A stretch of 32,000 nucleotides of DNA from Wocania arenilitoris (GTDB lineage Bacteria; Bacteroidota; Bacteroidia; Flavobacteriales; Flavobacteriaceae): the NCBI RefSeq assembly GCF_021728535.1, contig NZ_JAKKDU010000002.1, positions 34,932 to 66,931 on the forward strand, given 5' to 3'. The position numbers were made by a program, and so were the translations under genes. The stretch's first letter is position 1, and each line of letters starts with the position of its first letter. A model generated the notes under the pieces. The model was not told the DNA's origin. It did no database searches and saw only the letters and a program-made list of their open reading frames with translations. Of the stretch, positions 23,557-32,000 are shown one piece after another.

Positions 23557-24156
23557 TTATGTTCCAATTTCTGTTAATTTGTCTTTTATTAACTCAAAGA
23601 TTAAATCTGTGGCTTCACCTATTGAAAGATGCTCGTTAATTTCAATATCTGAATGTGTTGGTGCTTCATAAGGCGAAGAAATGCCAGTCATATTTTTTAT
23701 TTCTCCAGCTCTAGCTTTTTTGTATAAACCTTTAGCATCTCTTTTTTCGCAAGTTTCTATACTGGTATTTACATAAACTTCTATATAGTTATTTGAAGAA
23801 ACAATGGTTTTAATAATATCTCTATCTTTTTTATAAGGTGCTATAATAGCAGCTAAAACAACTACACCTGCATCAATAAACAATTTTGAAGTTTCTGCTA
23901 CCCGTCTATTATTTTCAGATCTGTCCTCTGGACTAAAATCTAAGTCCTGATTAATCCCTTTTCTAATACTATCTCCATCTAAGGTATAGGTATTAATGTT
24001 TTTTTTAAAAAGTAAATGCTCTAAACTATTTGCTAAGGTTGATTTACCAGCACCAGATAAGCCAGTAAATAAAATAAGAAATGAATTATGACCATTAATG
24101 TTTAAGCGTTCTTTTCTAGTTATTTTATAAGCGTATGTTTTTAAATTGTCATCCAT
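23557..24156 (-). CDS. cysC: Adenylyl-sulfate (APS) kinase
   Basis: 199 aa. The P-loop is FTGLSGAGKSTLAN and LDGDSIRKGINQDLDFSPEDRSENNRR is present, both classic APS kinase features. It overlaps cysQ by 16 nt. Confidence 0.9.
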   Translation of the reverse strand: MDDNLKTYAYKITRKERLNINGHNSFLILFTGLSGAGKSTLANSLEHLLFKKNINTYTLDGDSIRKGINQDLDFSPEDRSENNRRVAETSKLFIDAGVVVLAAIIAPYKKDRDIIKTIVSSNNYIEVYVNTSIETCEKRDAKGLYKKARAGEIKNMTGISSPYEAPTHSDIEINEHLSIGEATDLIFELIKDKLTEIGT

Positions 24157-24974
24157 TCTTTTTTAAATATTACAGTATCATTGTAAACTATAAATTCATT
24201 GTTTAACAAGTTGGGTTTATTGTATGCTAAATCTTTAAATGTATTTTTAGATATAACTCGAATACCAACAGCCTCACAAATGGCTTGACCTGCAGCTGTA
24301 TCCCATTCCATGGTAGGAGCAAATCGAGGATAAATATCTGCTTTGCCTTCTGCTATTAAACAAAATTTAATAGAACTGCCTTTTGATACAATATCTATTG
24401 AAGCATAATTGTTATGTAATTTTTTTATGAATTGTTTTGTTTTATCATTCATATGAGATCTACTTCCAACCACCTTTATTATTGATTTGTTTGTATTTTT
24501 TGGCAATAACCTATATGCATCATCAAACCAATTTTTAATACTGTTAAACTCTTTGTCTAGAGTTATTTTATAAGCTTTTTTATCTCCAACATTACCATAA
24601 TAAAGCTCTTTTGACGTGGGAATAAAAATAACCCCAAGAATAGGTTTATTATTTTCAATCAAAGCAATATTAACTGTATACTCTCCATTCTTTTTTATAA
24701 ACTCTTTTGTTCCATCTAGTGGGTCAACAATCCAACATTTTTTCCAATGTTTTCTTTCATTATATATAACTTCTTTATTTTCTTCACTTATTATTGGAAT
24801 TGAAGTCGATTTTAACAATGTGTTTATTATGTTGTTTGATGCCTTATCAGCTTTAGTTAAAGGGCTATTATTGTTTTTAATTTCTAATTCAAAATCATCA
24901 TTTTTATAAATATCTTCAATTACAATTCCAGCTTTAATAGAGGCTTTAATAGCAAGTTTTAATAGTTCTTTCAT
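24141..24974 (-). CDS. cysQ: 3'(2'),5'-bisphosphate nucleotidase (PAP phosphatase)
   Basis: 277 aa with inositol-monophosphatase-fold motifs PIISEEN, WIVDPLDGTKEF and EWDTAAGQAI. Confidence 0.85.
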   Translation of the reverse strand: MKELLKLAIKASIKAGIVIEDIYKNDDFELEIKNNNSPLTKADKASNNIINTLLKSTSIPIISEENKEVIYNERKHWKKCWIVDPLDGTKEFIKKNGEYTVNIALIENNKPILGVIFIPTSKELYYGNVGDKKAYKITLDKEFNSIKNWFDDAYRLLPKNTNKSIIKVVGSRSHMNDKTKQFIKKLHNNYASIDIVSKGSSIKFCLIAEGKADIYPRFAPTMEWDTAAGQAICEAVGIRVISKNTFKDLAYNKPNLLNNEFIVYNDTVIFKKEWMTI

Positions 24975-25083
24975 ATTAGCATCTAATATAAAACATTCTT
25001 ATAAAAGGGTGTTTTTAAATGTTACACTTTATAATTGAGCTTAAGCATGTAAAGTAGAATAATTTTATTTATAAGTAATTTAA

Positions 25084-26571
25084 TTAGTTAAGCTTATAAG
25101 GGTCATTTGTTCTTATTAACCAATCCGATAAAACGGTTTTAAGACTATCTACTAACTTGGGATTTTGATAAGCAATATTCTTCATTTGGTAAGGGTCCTT
25201 ATGGTTATCAAAGAGTAGTAAGCTATCTGGAATATGTATTGGAGGATTATTATTGACAACGAATGTGTATCTTTTGGTTCTTACTCCCCTTAGTCCTGTG
25301 TTAGTTCTTTCTCCAACCCAAATATACAATTGAGATTGGGGAATCTCTCCTTCTCCTTTAAAAAGATAATTAGTAAAATTAGTGCCGCTTACTGCTTGTG
25401 GGATATCATTTTCAAATCCCATAAGCCCCATTAAGGTAGGGTAAATATCGGGTATTGATAACATTAAATCTTCTTTCCTAGGGCTAAGTTTTTCTGGATA
25501 TTTAATAATTAATGGAATACGCATAGCTTCTTCGTATGGGAGGTCTTTTCCTCGCTTATTATGGCTCCCCATCAATTCACCATGATCGGATACTACCAAA
25601 ACTATGGTATTCTTGTCTAGCTTTTGTTGTTTTAAAGTTTCTAGTATTTTCCCTATTTGATCATCAACTCCAGTGACCATTGTGAAATAATCTTTCATGT
25701 GCCCTGTAACCCAATCAGACCATTCTCCATTTTTTAATTTGGCATTGGGGCGATTTGCCAGTTCTGTATATGTCTTGTCTTTATAATATTTTTGATATTT
25801 CTTGGGATATGCCTTATAGTCTCCAACACCATCATCATGAGGAGGATTCATGGCCACTACCAAAGCAAAGGGTTTAGAAGAATCTCTATAGTTATTATCC
25901 TTATTTTCTAGATATTTTATAGCTTTGTCGGCTTCCTCAATTGGGCTCCATCGATCTACATAATGAAATTCATTTCTTTTTGCATCTGTGGACCAATATA
26001 GCGGATTCATATGGTAATCATAAGTATTGTAAGCATACCAATAATCGAAACCATGTCTATTATTGGGAGGTGTCCATTCATTCCATTTATTTCCTTCTTT
26101 ATCATTATTGTTTAAGCAATCTATGTAAGGTTTTTTGGGTTTACTTAAATGCCATTTTCCAATGTATCCCAAATTATATCCTTTTTGTTTTAGAATGTCA
26201 GACCAACAGATTTCTTCTTGCTTGAGTTCCATGTTTTCTTGGTAGATTGGTTGTCCTTCATATTCCATACAATTATTGATAACTCCATTCTCAAAAGGAT
26301 ATTTACCAGTCATAAGCATGGCTCTCATAGGGCTACAAACAGGATAGTTGGCAACTGCATTAGTAAATACAATACCCTCGCTTGCAAGTTTATCTAAATT
26401 AGGTGTAATTACGGGGTCTTGATTCATGAATCCCATGGCATGTGCTCTCCATTGATCGGGAAAGAAAATGACTAAATTTGGAGGATTCTCCCTTTCTGTT
26501 TTCTTTTGCTTAGAATAACAACTAGTAAGTAGTATGATGGAAAATAAGATTATAATATTTAGCTTTTTCAT
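25084..26571 (-). CDS. S1-family sulfatase, lipoprotein
   Basis: Signal IILLTSC. CSPMRAMLMTGKYP, GKWHLS and VVSDHGE motifs are present. It starts 16 nt downstream of the tri-domain gene on the same strand. Confidence 0.9.
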   Translation of the reverse strand: MKKLNIIILFSIILLTSCYSKQKKTERENPPNLVIFFPDQWRAHAMGFMNQDPVITPNLDKLASEGIVFTNAVANYPVCSPMRAMLMTGKYPFENGVINNCMEYEGQPIYQENMELKQEEICWSDILKQKGYNLGYIGKWHLSKPKKPYIDCLNNNDKEGNKWNEWTPPNNRHGFDYWYAYNTYDYHMNPLYWSTDAKRNEFHYVDRWSPIEEADKAIKYLENKDNNYRDSSKPFALVVAMNPPHDDGVGDYKAYPKKYQKYYKDKTYTELANRPNAKLKNGEWSDWVTGHMKDYFTMVTGVDDQIGKILETLKQQKLDKNTIVLVVSDHGELMGSHNKRGKDLPYEEAMRIPLIIKYPEKLSPRKEDLMLSIPDIYPTLMGLMGFENDIPQAVSGTNFTNYLFKGEGEIPQSQLYIWVGERTNTGLRGVRTKRYTFVVNNNPPIHIPDSLLLFDNHKDPYQMKNIAYQNPKLVDSLKTVLSDWLIRTNDPYKLN

Positions 26572-26587
26572 TGTTATAGATATTTTA

Positions 26588-29500
26588 TTATTTGGACAAC
26601 ATAAAATCTTCTTTGAATATTTTAGTTAAATAGAGAATTAATTCTTCAGCATTTTCTTGAGTAAAAATAATAGGAGGCTTTATTTTTAACACATTATGGT
26701 CTGGTCCATCGGTACTCATTAAAATACCATAATCTTTCATGCGGTTTGCTAAATAATCCGTTTGAGCGGCTAACGGGTTTAAGTTGGCGTCAACTAATTC
26801 AATACCTAAAAATAAACCTTGCCCTCTAACATCTCCAATTATAGGAAATTCTTTCGCAAGTTTTTTAAATTCTGCTTTTAAAAATTCACCAAGATTCAAG
26901 GCGTTTTGTTGTAGGTTGTCTCGCTTTACTGTTTTTAAAACTTCTGCTCCAATAGCACAAGAAACGGGATTACCTCCAAAAGTATTGAAGTATTCCATAC
27001 CATTTGCAAATTTATTAGCAACTTCTTGGGTGCAAGCTACTGCGGCAAGGGGATGCCCATTACCTAATGGTTTTCCAATGGTAACAATATCTGGAGTTAC
27101 ATTATGAAGCTGAAAGCCCCAAAAGGTTTTTCCTAAACGACCACATCCTACTTGTACTTCATCAGAAATGCATAAACCTCCAGCAGCTCTTACTTTTTTA
27201 TAGGCCTTAGCCAAAAAGCCTTCAGGTAATTCTACTTGTCCGCCGCAACTAATAATAGGTTCTATAATAAAGGCTCCAACACCTCGTCCTTTTTTATGTA
27301 CAATGTCTATTTGCTTTTGTACTTCTTCTGCATATTTATCGGCAGTATTTTCACCGCGGTACTTACCTCTAAAAGCATCAGGTAGCGGAAAAATATGAGT
27401 GTGCTCTGGAGCACCTTTACCACCTTTACCGTCAAATTTATATGAAGACATATCAATACACATATTGGAGTTTCCGTGATACCCTATTTCTGAGGCAATA
27501 ATGTCGCGTTCACCAGTTGCTGCTTTAACCATTCTAATAGCCAATTCGTTAGCTTCGCTTCCTGAATTCACAAAATGTAAAACATTTAGTTCGGGTGGTA
27601 AGGTTTCAATAAGTTCTTTTGCTAGCGCATTGATGTTTTCATGCAAATAACGCGAGTTGGTATTTAAAAGAGCCATTTGTTGTTGTCCAGCTTTAACAAC
27701 ATTGTAATTTTCGTGCCCTACATGAGCCACATTGTTTACTGTGTCTAAATATTTTTTCCCATATTGGTCTATGAGGTATTGGCCGTTACCACGTACCATT
27801 TTTATGGGTATTTTATACTGTAGGCTTAAACTTTTTCCTAAGTGTTCCTTTCGGTAGTTAATTAGGTCACTATTCGAGATCGTGTTTTTAGGTTTAAGTG
27901 GTTTTAATTTAAATAATAAATTTGGATCTGGACAAATACTTTTCCAAACCTCTAACTGACTGAAATAGGCAACCCCAGGGAAATCGGTTTCATAATCTAG
28001 TAGTGATAACATGATTTGAAAATGCAAATGAGGCACCCAATTGCCATTTTCTGGATAACTACCTAATTTACCAATAATTTCTCCTTTTTTAATGTGGTCT
28101 CCAATTTTATGCTGGGTAGCACTTTCAACATCTAAATGTCCGTAAAGCGAATAAAAAGTTAAGCTTTCTGTATAATGCTCTAATATTACTAAACCACCAT
28201 ATTCTTTATCACCATTATTATTAATAGCCATGGCTATTTTTCCATCCAATACTGCACAAACAGGAGTGTTATAAGGCAACCAGAAATCTATTCCTAAGTG
28301 AATGTTACGATTTTCTGTTCCTCTGTTTCCTACTTTGTTATAGGCTTGAGAGGTATAAAGTATCCTAGGCTCTAAATAACCACCTGCAATGATACGGTTG
28401 GGAACCGTTTTTTGAAGTCGATTAATTTTAAATTCAAATAATTCTAAATCGTTGAAATCTTCTTGATGACCTATCCATTTGCTTGAAACGCTTAAATCGA
28501 TAGCTTGTATTTCATTTATTCCAATGCTAGGGAATAAGTCAGATAATTTAAAAGAAGTATTTTTTGCGAAATTTTTAAATTTATTTTCATTGGGGTGTGC
28601 AATAAAACCACAAGCCTTCCTAAAACTATAGCCTGCATATTCATCAGAGATTAAATGCCATTTTTTTAATACTTCCCATGCGGATTTTTCACTAATAAGC
28701 AAATACTTATTGTCTGGTTCTTTAATTTTATTTATTGCAGATTTAGTTACCGAAATAACCAATCTCATAGCGATGGCGATATGCAAATGGTCCAACTCTT
28801 TTTCCTGTAATGGAAAAGTACTATGATAGCCCTTTACAATGGGTAGAGACGCCTCTAGAGGGTCATTATGTTTCATTATTGCGTAAGCACATGCAATAGC
28901 TAGATCATTTATAATTTGGGTGTGAATAGCGTCTCCATAGTCTATAGCTGCCTTTACCACTGGATTTAATAAGTCTTCAGAAACAATAACATTGTTGTCG
29001 TTTGCATCGTTATGAACAACACATTTTCTTAGTTTGGAATAGGCATTTAGCTTGTCTTCAAATTTATTTTGAAATGCAGAAAGAATCTTTTTTTCTTTAC
29101 CATTAAATAAATTAATATATTGATTAGTCCAAAGAGATTGAGCAATATCCCATTCAAATTCGCGATGGGCTTCTTTATGGTTAAAACCTTGTAAAGTTTT
29201 AGTTAAAAGCCCACATTGTTCTCCTAGGCTATACCGTAAATTATCTAATTGCGGATTGACATTGCTCCAAACTCTACCAGAAACCCATGATAGTAATCGC
29301 ACTTTACGTTTGTTTCCATAGTCATCAATTATTTCAGAAATGGCATTTCCGTTTATATCTGCAACAACTTTTGGTGCTATAAGATTGTTTCCTTGGGCTT
29401 CACAATATTGTAATAGTTTCTGTTGAAAATCGAGGTAGTTTTCGTTTTCGTCTGGTCGTGATATCTTTAAAATATAACCTTCTTCATGAGCTATCTTAAT

Positions 29501-29659
29501 TCTAAAATTAAAATCTACTTCACCAGGAAGTGCAGAAGCATGTCCTTTAATATTAAAAAGATTGAAAAGAATATTTTCAGCTTGTTGGGTATTTATTTGT
29601 AATTCACAATAGTTAATCATTCTTAAACCGTTTTTGTCATTTAATTTATTCAATACCAT
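26588..29659 (-). CDS. Tri-domain fusion of an APH-type small-molecule kinase (hydroxylysine-kinase-like), an M23 metallopeptidase domain and a class-III aminotransferase-fold enzyme (phospho-lyase-like)
   Basis: Kinase domain, aa ~20-345 (nt ~28625-29602): catalytic VVHNDANDNNVIV at nt 28991-29014 and IDYGDA. M23 domain, aa ~420-555 (nt ~27995-28402): HLGID (H454/D458), YGHL and PHLHFQI at nt 28022-30. Class-III aminotransferase domain, aa ~600-1020 (nt ~26600-27862): DEVQVGCGRLGKTFWGF and DIVTIGKPLGNGHP, with the putative PLP Lys codon at 27071-27073. The last motif closely resembles the IVTMGKPMGNGHP motif I recall from vertebrate AGXT2L1/2. No signal peptide. Confidence 0.8.
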   Translation of the reverse strand: MVLNKLNDKNGLRMINYCELQINTQQAENILFNLFNIKGHASALPGEVDFNFRIKIAHEEGYILKISRPDENENYLDFQQKLLQYCEAQGNNLIAPKVVADINGNAISEIIDDYGNKRKVRLLSWVSGRVWSNVNPQLDNLRYSLGEQCGLLTKTLQGFNHKEAHREFEWDIAQSLWTNQYINLFNGKEKKILSAFQNKFEDKLNAYSKLRKCVVHNDANDNNVIVSEDLLNPVVKAAIDYGDAIHTQIINDLAIACAYAIMKHNDPLEASLPIVKGYHSTFPLQEKELDHLHIAIAMRLVISVTKSAINKIKEPDNKYLLISEKSAWEVLKKWHLISDEYAGYSFRKACGFIAHPNENKFKNFAKNTSFKLSDLFPSIGINEIQAIDLSVSSKWIGHQEDFNDLELFEFKINRLQKTVPNRIIAGGYLEPRILYTSQAYNKVGNRGTENRNIHLGIDFWLPYNTPVCAVLDGKIAMAINNNGDKEYGGLVILEHYTESLTFYSLYGHLDVESATQHKIGDHIKKGEIIGKLGSYPENGNWVPHLHFQIMLSLLDYETDFPGVAYFSQLEVWKSICPDPNLLFKLKPLKPKNTISNSDLINYRKEHLGKSLSLQYKIPIKMVRGNGQYLIDQYGKKYLDTVNNVAHVGHENYNVVKAGQQQMALLNTNSRYLHENINALAKELIETLPPELNVLHFVNSGSEANELAIRMVKAATGERDIIASEIGYHGNSNMCIDMSSYKFDGKGGKGAPEHTHIFPLPDAFRGKYRGENTADKYAEEVQKQIDIVHKKGRGVGAFIIEPIISCGGQVELPEGFLAKAYKKVRAAGGLCISDEVQVGCGRLGKTFWGFQLHNVTPDIVTIGKPLGNGHPLAAVACTQEVANKFANGMEYFNTFGGNPVSCAIGAEVLKTVKRDNLQQNALNLGEFLKAEFKKLAKEFPIIGDVRGQGLFLGIELVDANLNPLAAQTDYLANRMKDYGILMSTDGPDHNVLKIKPPIIFTQENAEELILYLTKIFKEDFMLSK

Positions 29660-29815
29660 AATTCTCTAAGAATTTCAGGCTCTTTTATTTTGGTATTTCG
29701 GTTCGAGTTTCATTATTTTTTTGGTAGCAACATTTATAAAATCATTTAAAACCAACAATTTAATATTTCTTAAAATATATTTTTAAGTTTTAGGGATTAA
29801 TGTAATAAAAATATA

Positions 29816-31342
29816 TTAGAAATTAAAAACAATTCCTTGGGCTAAATGTGCTTCTTTTCCATAATTAACTGTACAGGTTTGTCTTCTCATATAAGCTTTC
29901 CATGCATCAGAACCACTTTCTCTACCACCTCCAGTTTCTTTTTCGCCTCCAAAAGCACCTCCTATTTCAGCGCCAGAGGTTCCAATATTGACATTGGCAA
30001 TACCACAGTCAGAACCAGAATACGATAAGAATTCTTCACTCTCTCTAATATTAAGTGTAAATATTGAAGATGATAAGCCTTGAGGTACAGAGTTTTGAAT
30101 TTTTATAGCCTCAGTAAAATTAGTATATGTCATGACATATAAAATTGGAGCAAAGGTTTCGTGCTTTACAATGGTCATGTTAACATTAGCTTCAATAATA
30201 GTTGGTTTTACATAACAGCCTGATAAATATTGTTCGCCAGCTAATACTTTATTCCCAGCAAGAACTTTACCGCCTTGTTCTATTGCTTTCTGAATAGTGT
30301 TTTTATATTCTTCTACTGCTTGTGTATCAATAAGAGGGCCTACATGATTAGATTCATCTAAAGGATTTCCAATATGAAGTTGTTCATATGCTTTTACTAA
30401 TTGATTAACCAAATTATCATATTGACTCTTATGAATAATTAATCGTCTTGTTGATGTGCATCGCTGACCTGCTGTTCCTACGGCACCAAAAACTATAGAA
30501 GGGATTGCATGCTTTAAATCAGCGTTCTCTGTAACAATAATAGCATTATTTCCTCCAAGTTCTAGTATAGACTTACCTAATCTTCTAGCGACTGTTTCTG
30601 CTACACTTTTGCCCATTCGTGTGGATCCTGTTGCAGAAACTAATGCAATATCAGGATGCGAAGCCATCTCTTGTCCTATGTCTCTTCCTCCTATTATTAG
30701 ATTACTTATACCTTCTGGTAAGTCATTATCTAATAACACTTTCTTTATTATTTGTTGACAAGCTAAAGCAGTAAAAGGAGTTTTTTCTGAAGGTTTCCAC
30801 ACACAAACATTACCACATATCCATGCTAAAGCTGTATTCCACGCCCATACTGCAACAGGGAAATTAAAAGCAGAGATAATACCAACAACACCTAAAGGAT
30901 GCCATTGCTCCATCATTCTATGTCCTGGTCTTTCAGAATGCATTTGTAATCCGTAAAGCTGACGAGACAATCCAACAGCAAAATCACAGATGTCAATCAT
31001 TTCTTGTACTTCGCCATAACCTTCTTGAAGACTCTTACCCATTTCGTAACTAACTAAAGCTCCTAAGTCTTCTTTATTTTGTCTAAGGGCTTCTCCAAAT
31101 TGTCTTACTATTTCTCCTCTTTGGGGAGCTGGTATCGTTCTCCAAATTTTAAAAGCTTCTTTAGATTGATTCATTACATTATCGAAATCTGAAATGGTTC
31201 CTCCTTGTACATGACCAATTTCTAGACCATCTACAGGGGAATTTATTTTAAATGTGTCTCCATTTCCTTCCCAACAAGTTTCTCCTGTACTTACACTGTA
31301 ATAAGGAGTCTCTAAATTAAATTTTTTAAGTATACTTTTCAT
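29816..31342 (-). CDS. ALDH7 (antiquitin)-type aldehyde dehydrogenase; alpha-aminoadipate semialdehyde / piperideine-6-carboxylate dehydrogenase
   Basis: PAPQRGEIVRQFGEALR, EMGKSLQEGYGEVQEMIDICDFAVGLSR, GIISAFNFPVAVWAWN, CGNVCVWKPSEKTP, ELGGNNA and GTAGQRCTSTRRL are present. They track the human ALDH7A1 sequence closely, as I recall it. The ORF-track start at 31366 is TTG, and the ATG at 31342 (MKSILKK...) is preferred. Confidence 0.85.
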   Translation of the reverse strand: MKSILKKFNLETPYYSVSTGETCWEGNGDTFKINSPVDGLEIGHVQGGTISDFDNVMNQSKEAFKIWRTIPAPQRGEIVRQFGEALRQNKEDLGALVSYEMGKSLQEGYGEVQEMIDICDFAVGLSRQLYGLQMHSERPGHRMMEQWHPLGVVGIISAFNFPVAVWAWNTALAWICGNVCVWKPSEKTPFTALACQQIIKKVLLDNDLPEGISNLIIGGRDIGQEMASHPDIALVSATGSTRMGKSVAETVARRLGKSILELGGNNAIIVTENADLKHAIPSIVFGAVGTAGQRCTSTRRLIIHKSQYDNLVNQLVKAYEQLHIGNPLDESNHVGPLIDTQAVEEYKNTIQKAIEQGGKVLAGNKVLAGEQYLSGCYVKPTIIEANVNMTIVKHETFAPILYVMTYTNFTEAIKIQNSVPQGLSSSIFTLNIRESEEFLSYSGSDCGIANVNIGTSGAEIGGAFGGEKETGGGRESGSDAWKAYMRRQTCTVNYGKEAHLAQGIVFNF

Positions 31343-31435
31343 GTGTTTATATTTATTGTTATTCAACGGTCACATGTAACATCCTAAATAATCATTTGGT
31401 TGTGTGATTAAATATTAATCATGGATGTTTCATTA

Positions 31436-32000
31436 CTATATCTTTTCTAATACTATAGAAATTCCTTGCCCTACTCCAATACACATTGTGCAAAGAGCTT
31501 TTTTTGCTTTAGAATTTTCCATTTGGTACAATGCGCTTGTAACAATTCTTGCTCCACTCATACCAAGGGGGTGTCCAAGTGCAATAGCTCCTCCAAGAGG
31601 GTTTACTCTAGGGTCGTCATCTTTTAAATTTAAAGCTCTTAAACAAGCTAAGGATTGTGCAGCAAATGCCTCGTTAAGTTCTATGATATCTATGTCATTT
31701 AGAGTTAAATTAAGCTTTTCTAATACCTTTATTGTTGCAGGGACTGGCCCCATGCCCATAATTCTAGGTAAAACTCCAGCTGTAGCCATTCCTAATATTT
31801 TTGCTTTTGGAGTCAGATTAAATTTCTTCACTGCTTCTCCTGATGCCAAAAGTAAAGCAGCTGCCCCATCATTTATTCCCGAAGCATTGCCAGCTGTAAT
31901 ACTACCATGTTCTCCACTAATAGATTTTAAACTATTTAGTTTTTCTAATGAAGTTAAGCGTAAATGTTCATCGTCTAAAAACTCTGTTGAATATTTCTGT
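31436..32000 (-). CDS. Acetyl-CoA C-acyl/acetyltransferase (thiolase), C-terminal part (5' end beyond the window)
   Basis: The frame stays open to nt 32000 (…GSITAGNASGINDGAAALLLASGEAVKK…), so the Met at 31849 is internal. Thiolase signatures present: NEAFAAQSLAC, GGAIALGHPLGMSGARI and CIGVGQGIS. Confidence 0.85.
   Translation of the reverse strand, partial: QKYSTEFLDDEHLRLTSLEKLNSLKSISGEHGSITAGNASGINDGAAALLLASGEAVKKFNLTPKAKILGMATAGVLPRIMGMGPVPATIKVLEKLNLTLNDIDIIELNEAFAAQSLACLRALNLKDDDPRVNPLGGAIALGHPLGMSGARIVTSALYQMENSKAKKALCTMCIGVGQGISIVLEKI

Noticed and set aside
27995-28402. The M23 peptidase domain could be read as a phage endolysin, a cell-wall hydrolase or a marker of a prophage.
   Set aside because: There is no signal peptide, no LysM or SH3 targeting domain, and no phage genes nearby. 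The domain is internal to a cytoplasmic fusion protein.
28625-29602. The aminoglycoside-phosphotransferase-fold domain could be read as an antibiotic-resistance gene.
   Set aside because: It is fused in-frame to M23 and PLP domains and sits next to ALDH7. The APH fold is shared by many small-molecule kinases, including hydroxylysine, homoserine and choline kinases. There is no resistance-cassette context.

Overview
This is an AT-rich window, roughly 30-35% GC by eye. Lipoprotein-type signal peptides and missing Shine-Dalgarno sequences point to a marine Bacteroidota or Flavobacteriia chromosome. Nt 1-26,571 form a sulfated-glycan utilisation island. It holds five S1 formylglycine sulfatases, a GH2 beta-galactosidase tightly coupled to a GH63-like (alpha/alpha)6 glycosidase, and a right-handed beta-helix protein. 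It also holds a very large FG-GAP/ASPIC (CRTAC1-like) lipoprotein, an aryl-sulfotransferase-like beta-propeller, a Tat-exported NHL propeller and a partial FAD oxidoreductase. Embedded among these catabolic genes are sulfation (anabolic) genes. A CHR-family anion transporter overlaps a PAPS-type sulfotransferase by 4 nt, and there is a cysQ-cysC pair with no ATP sulfurylase in view. Nt 26,588-32,000 on the minus strand encode a 1023-aa tri-domain fusion (APH-type kinase, M23 peptidase, class-III aminotransferase/phospho-lyase-like). Upstream of it lie an ALDH7-type aminoadipate-semialdehyde dehydrogenase and a thiolase, which looks like a hydroxylysine/lysine catabolic route. I found no rRNA, tRNA, CRISPR, IS element, integrase or recognisable defence system. 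No SusC/SusD pair, regulator or sulfatase maturase is visible either. The leads most worth following are: the tri-domain fusion and its 16-nt linkage to a sulfatase-cysQ-cysC string; the transporter-sulfotransferase couple; a T12 homopolymer that cuts the beta-helix gene off from an upstream signal-peptide ORF; a roughly 55-nt intergenic element present twice; a sulfatase with a non-canonical C-S-V-S-R motif; and a GC-rich sulfatase that looks acquired. All family assignments come from motif recognition by eye, and no searches were run.
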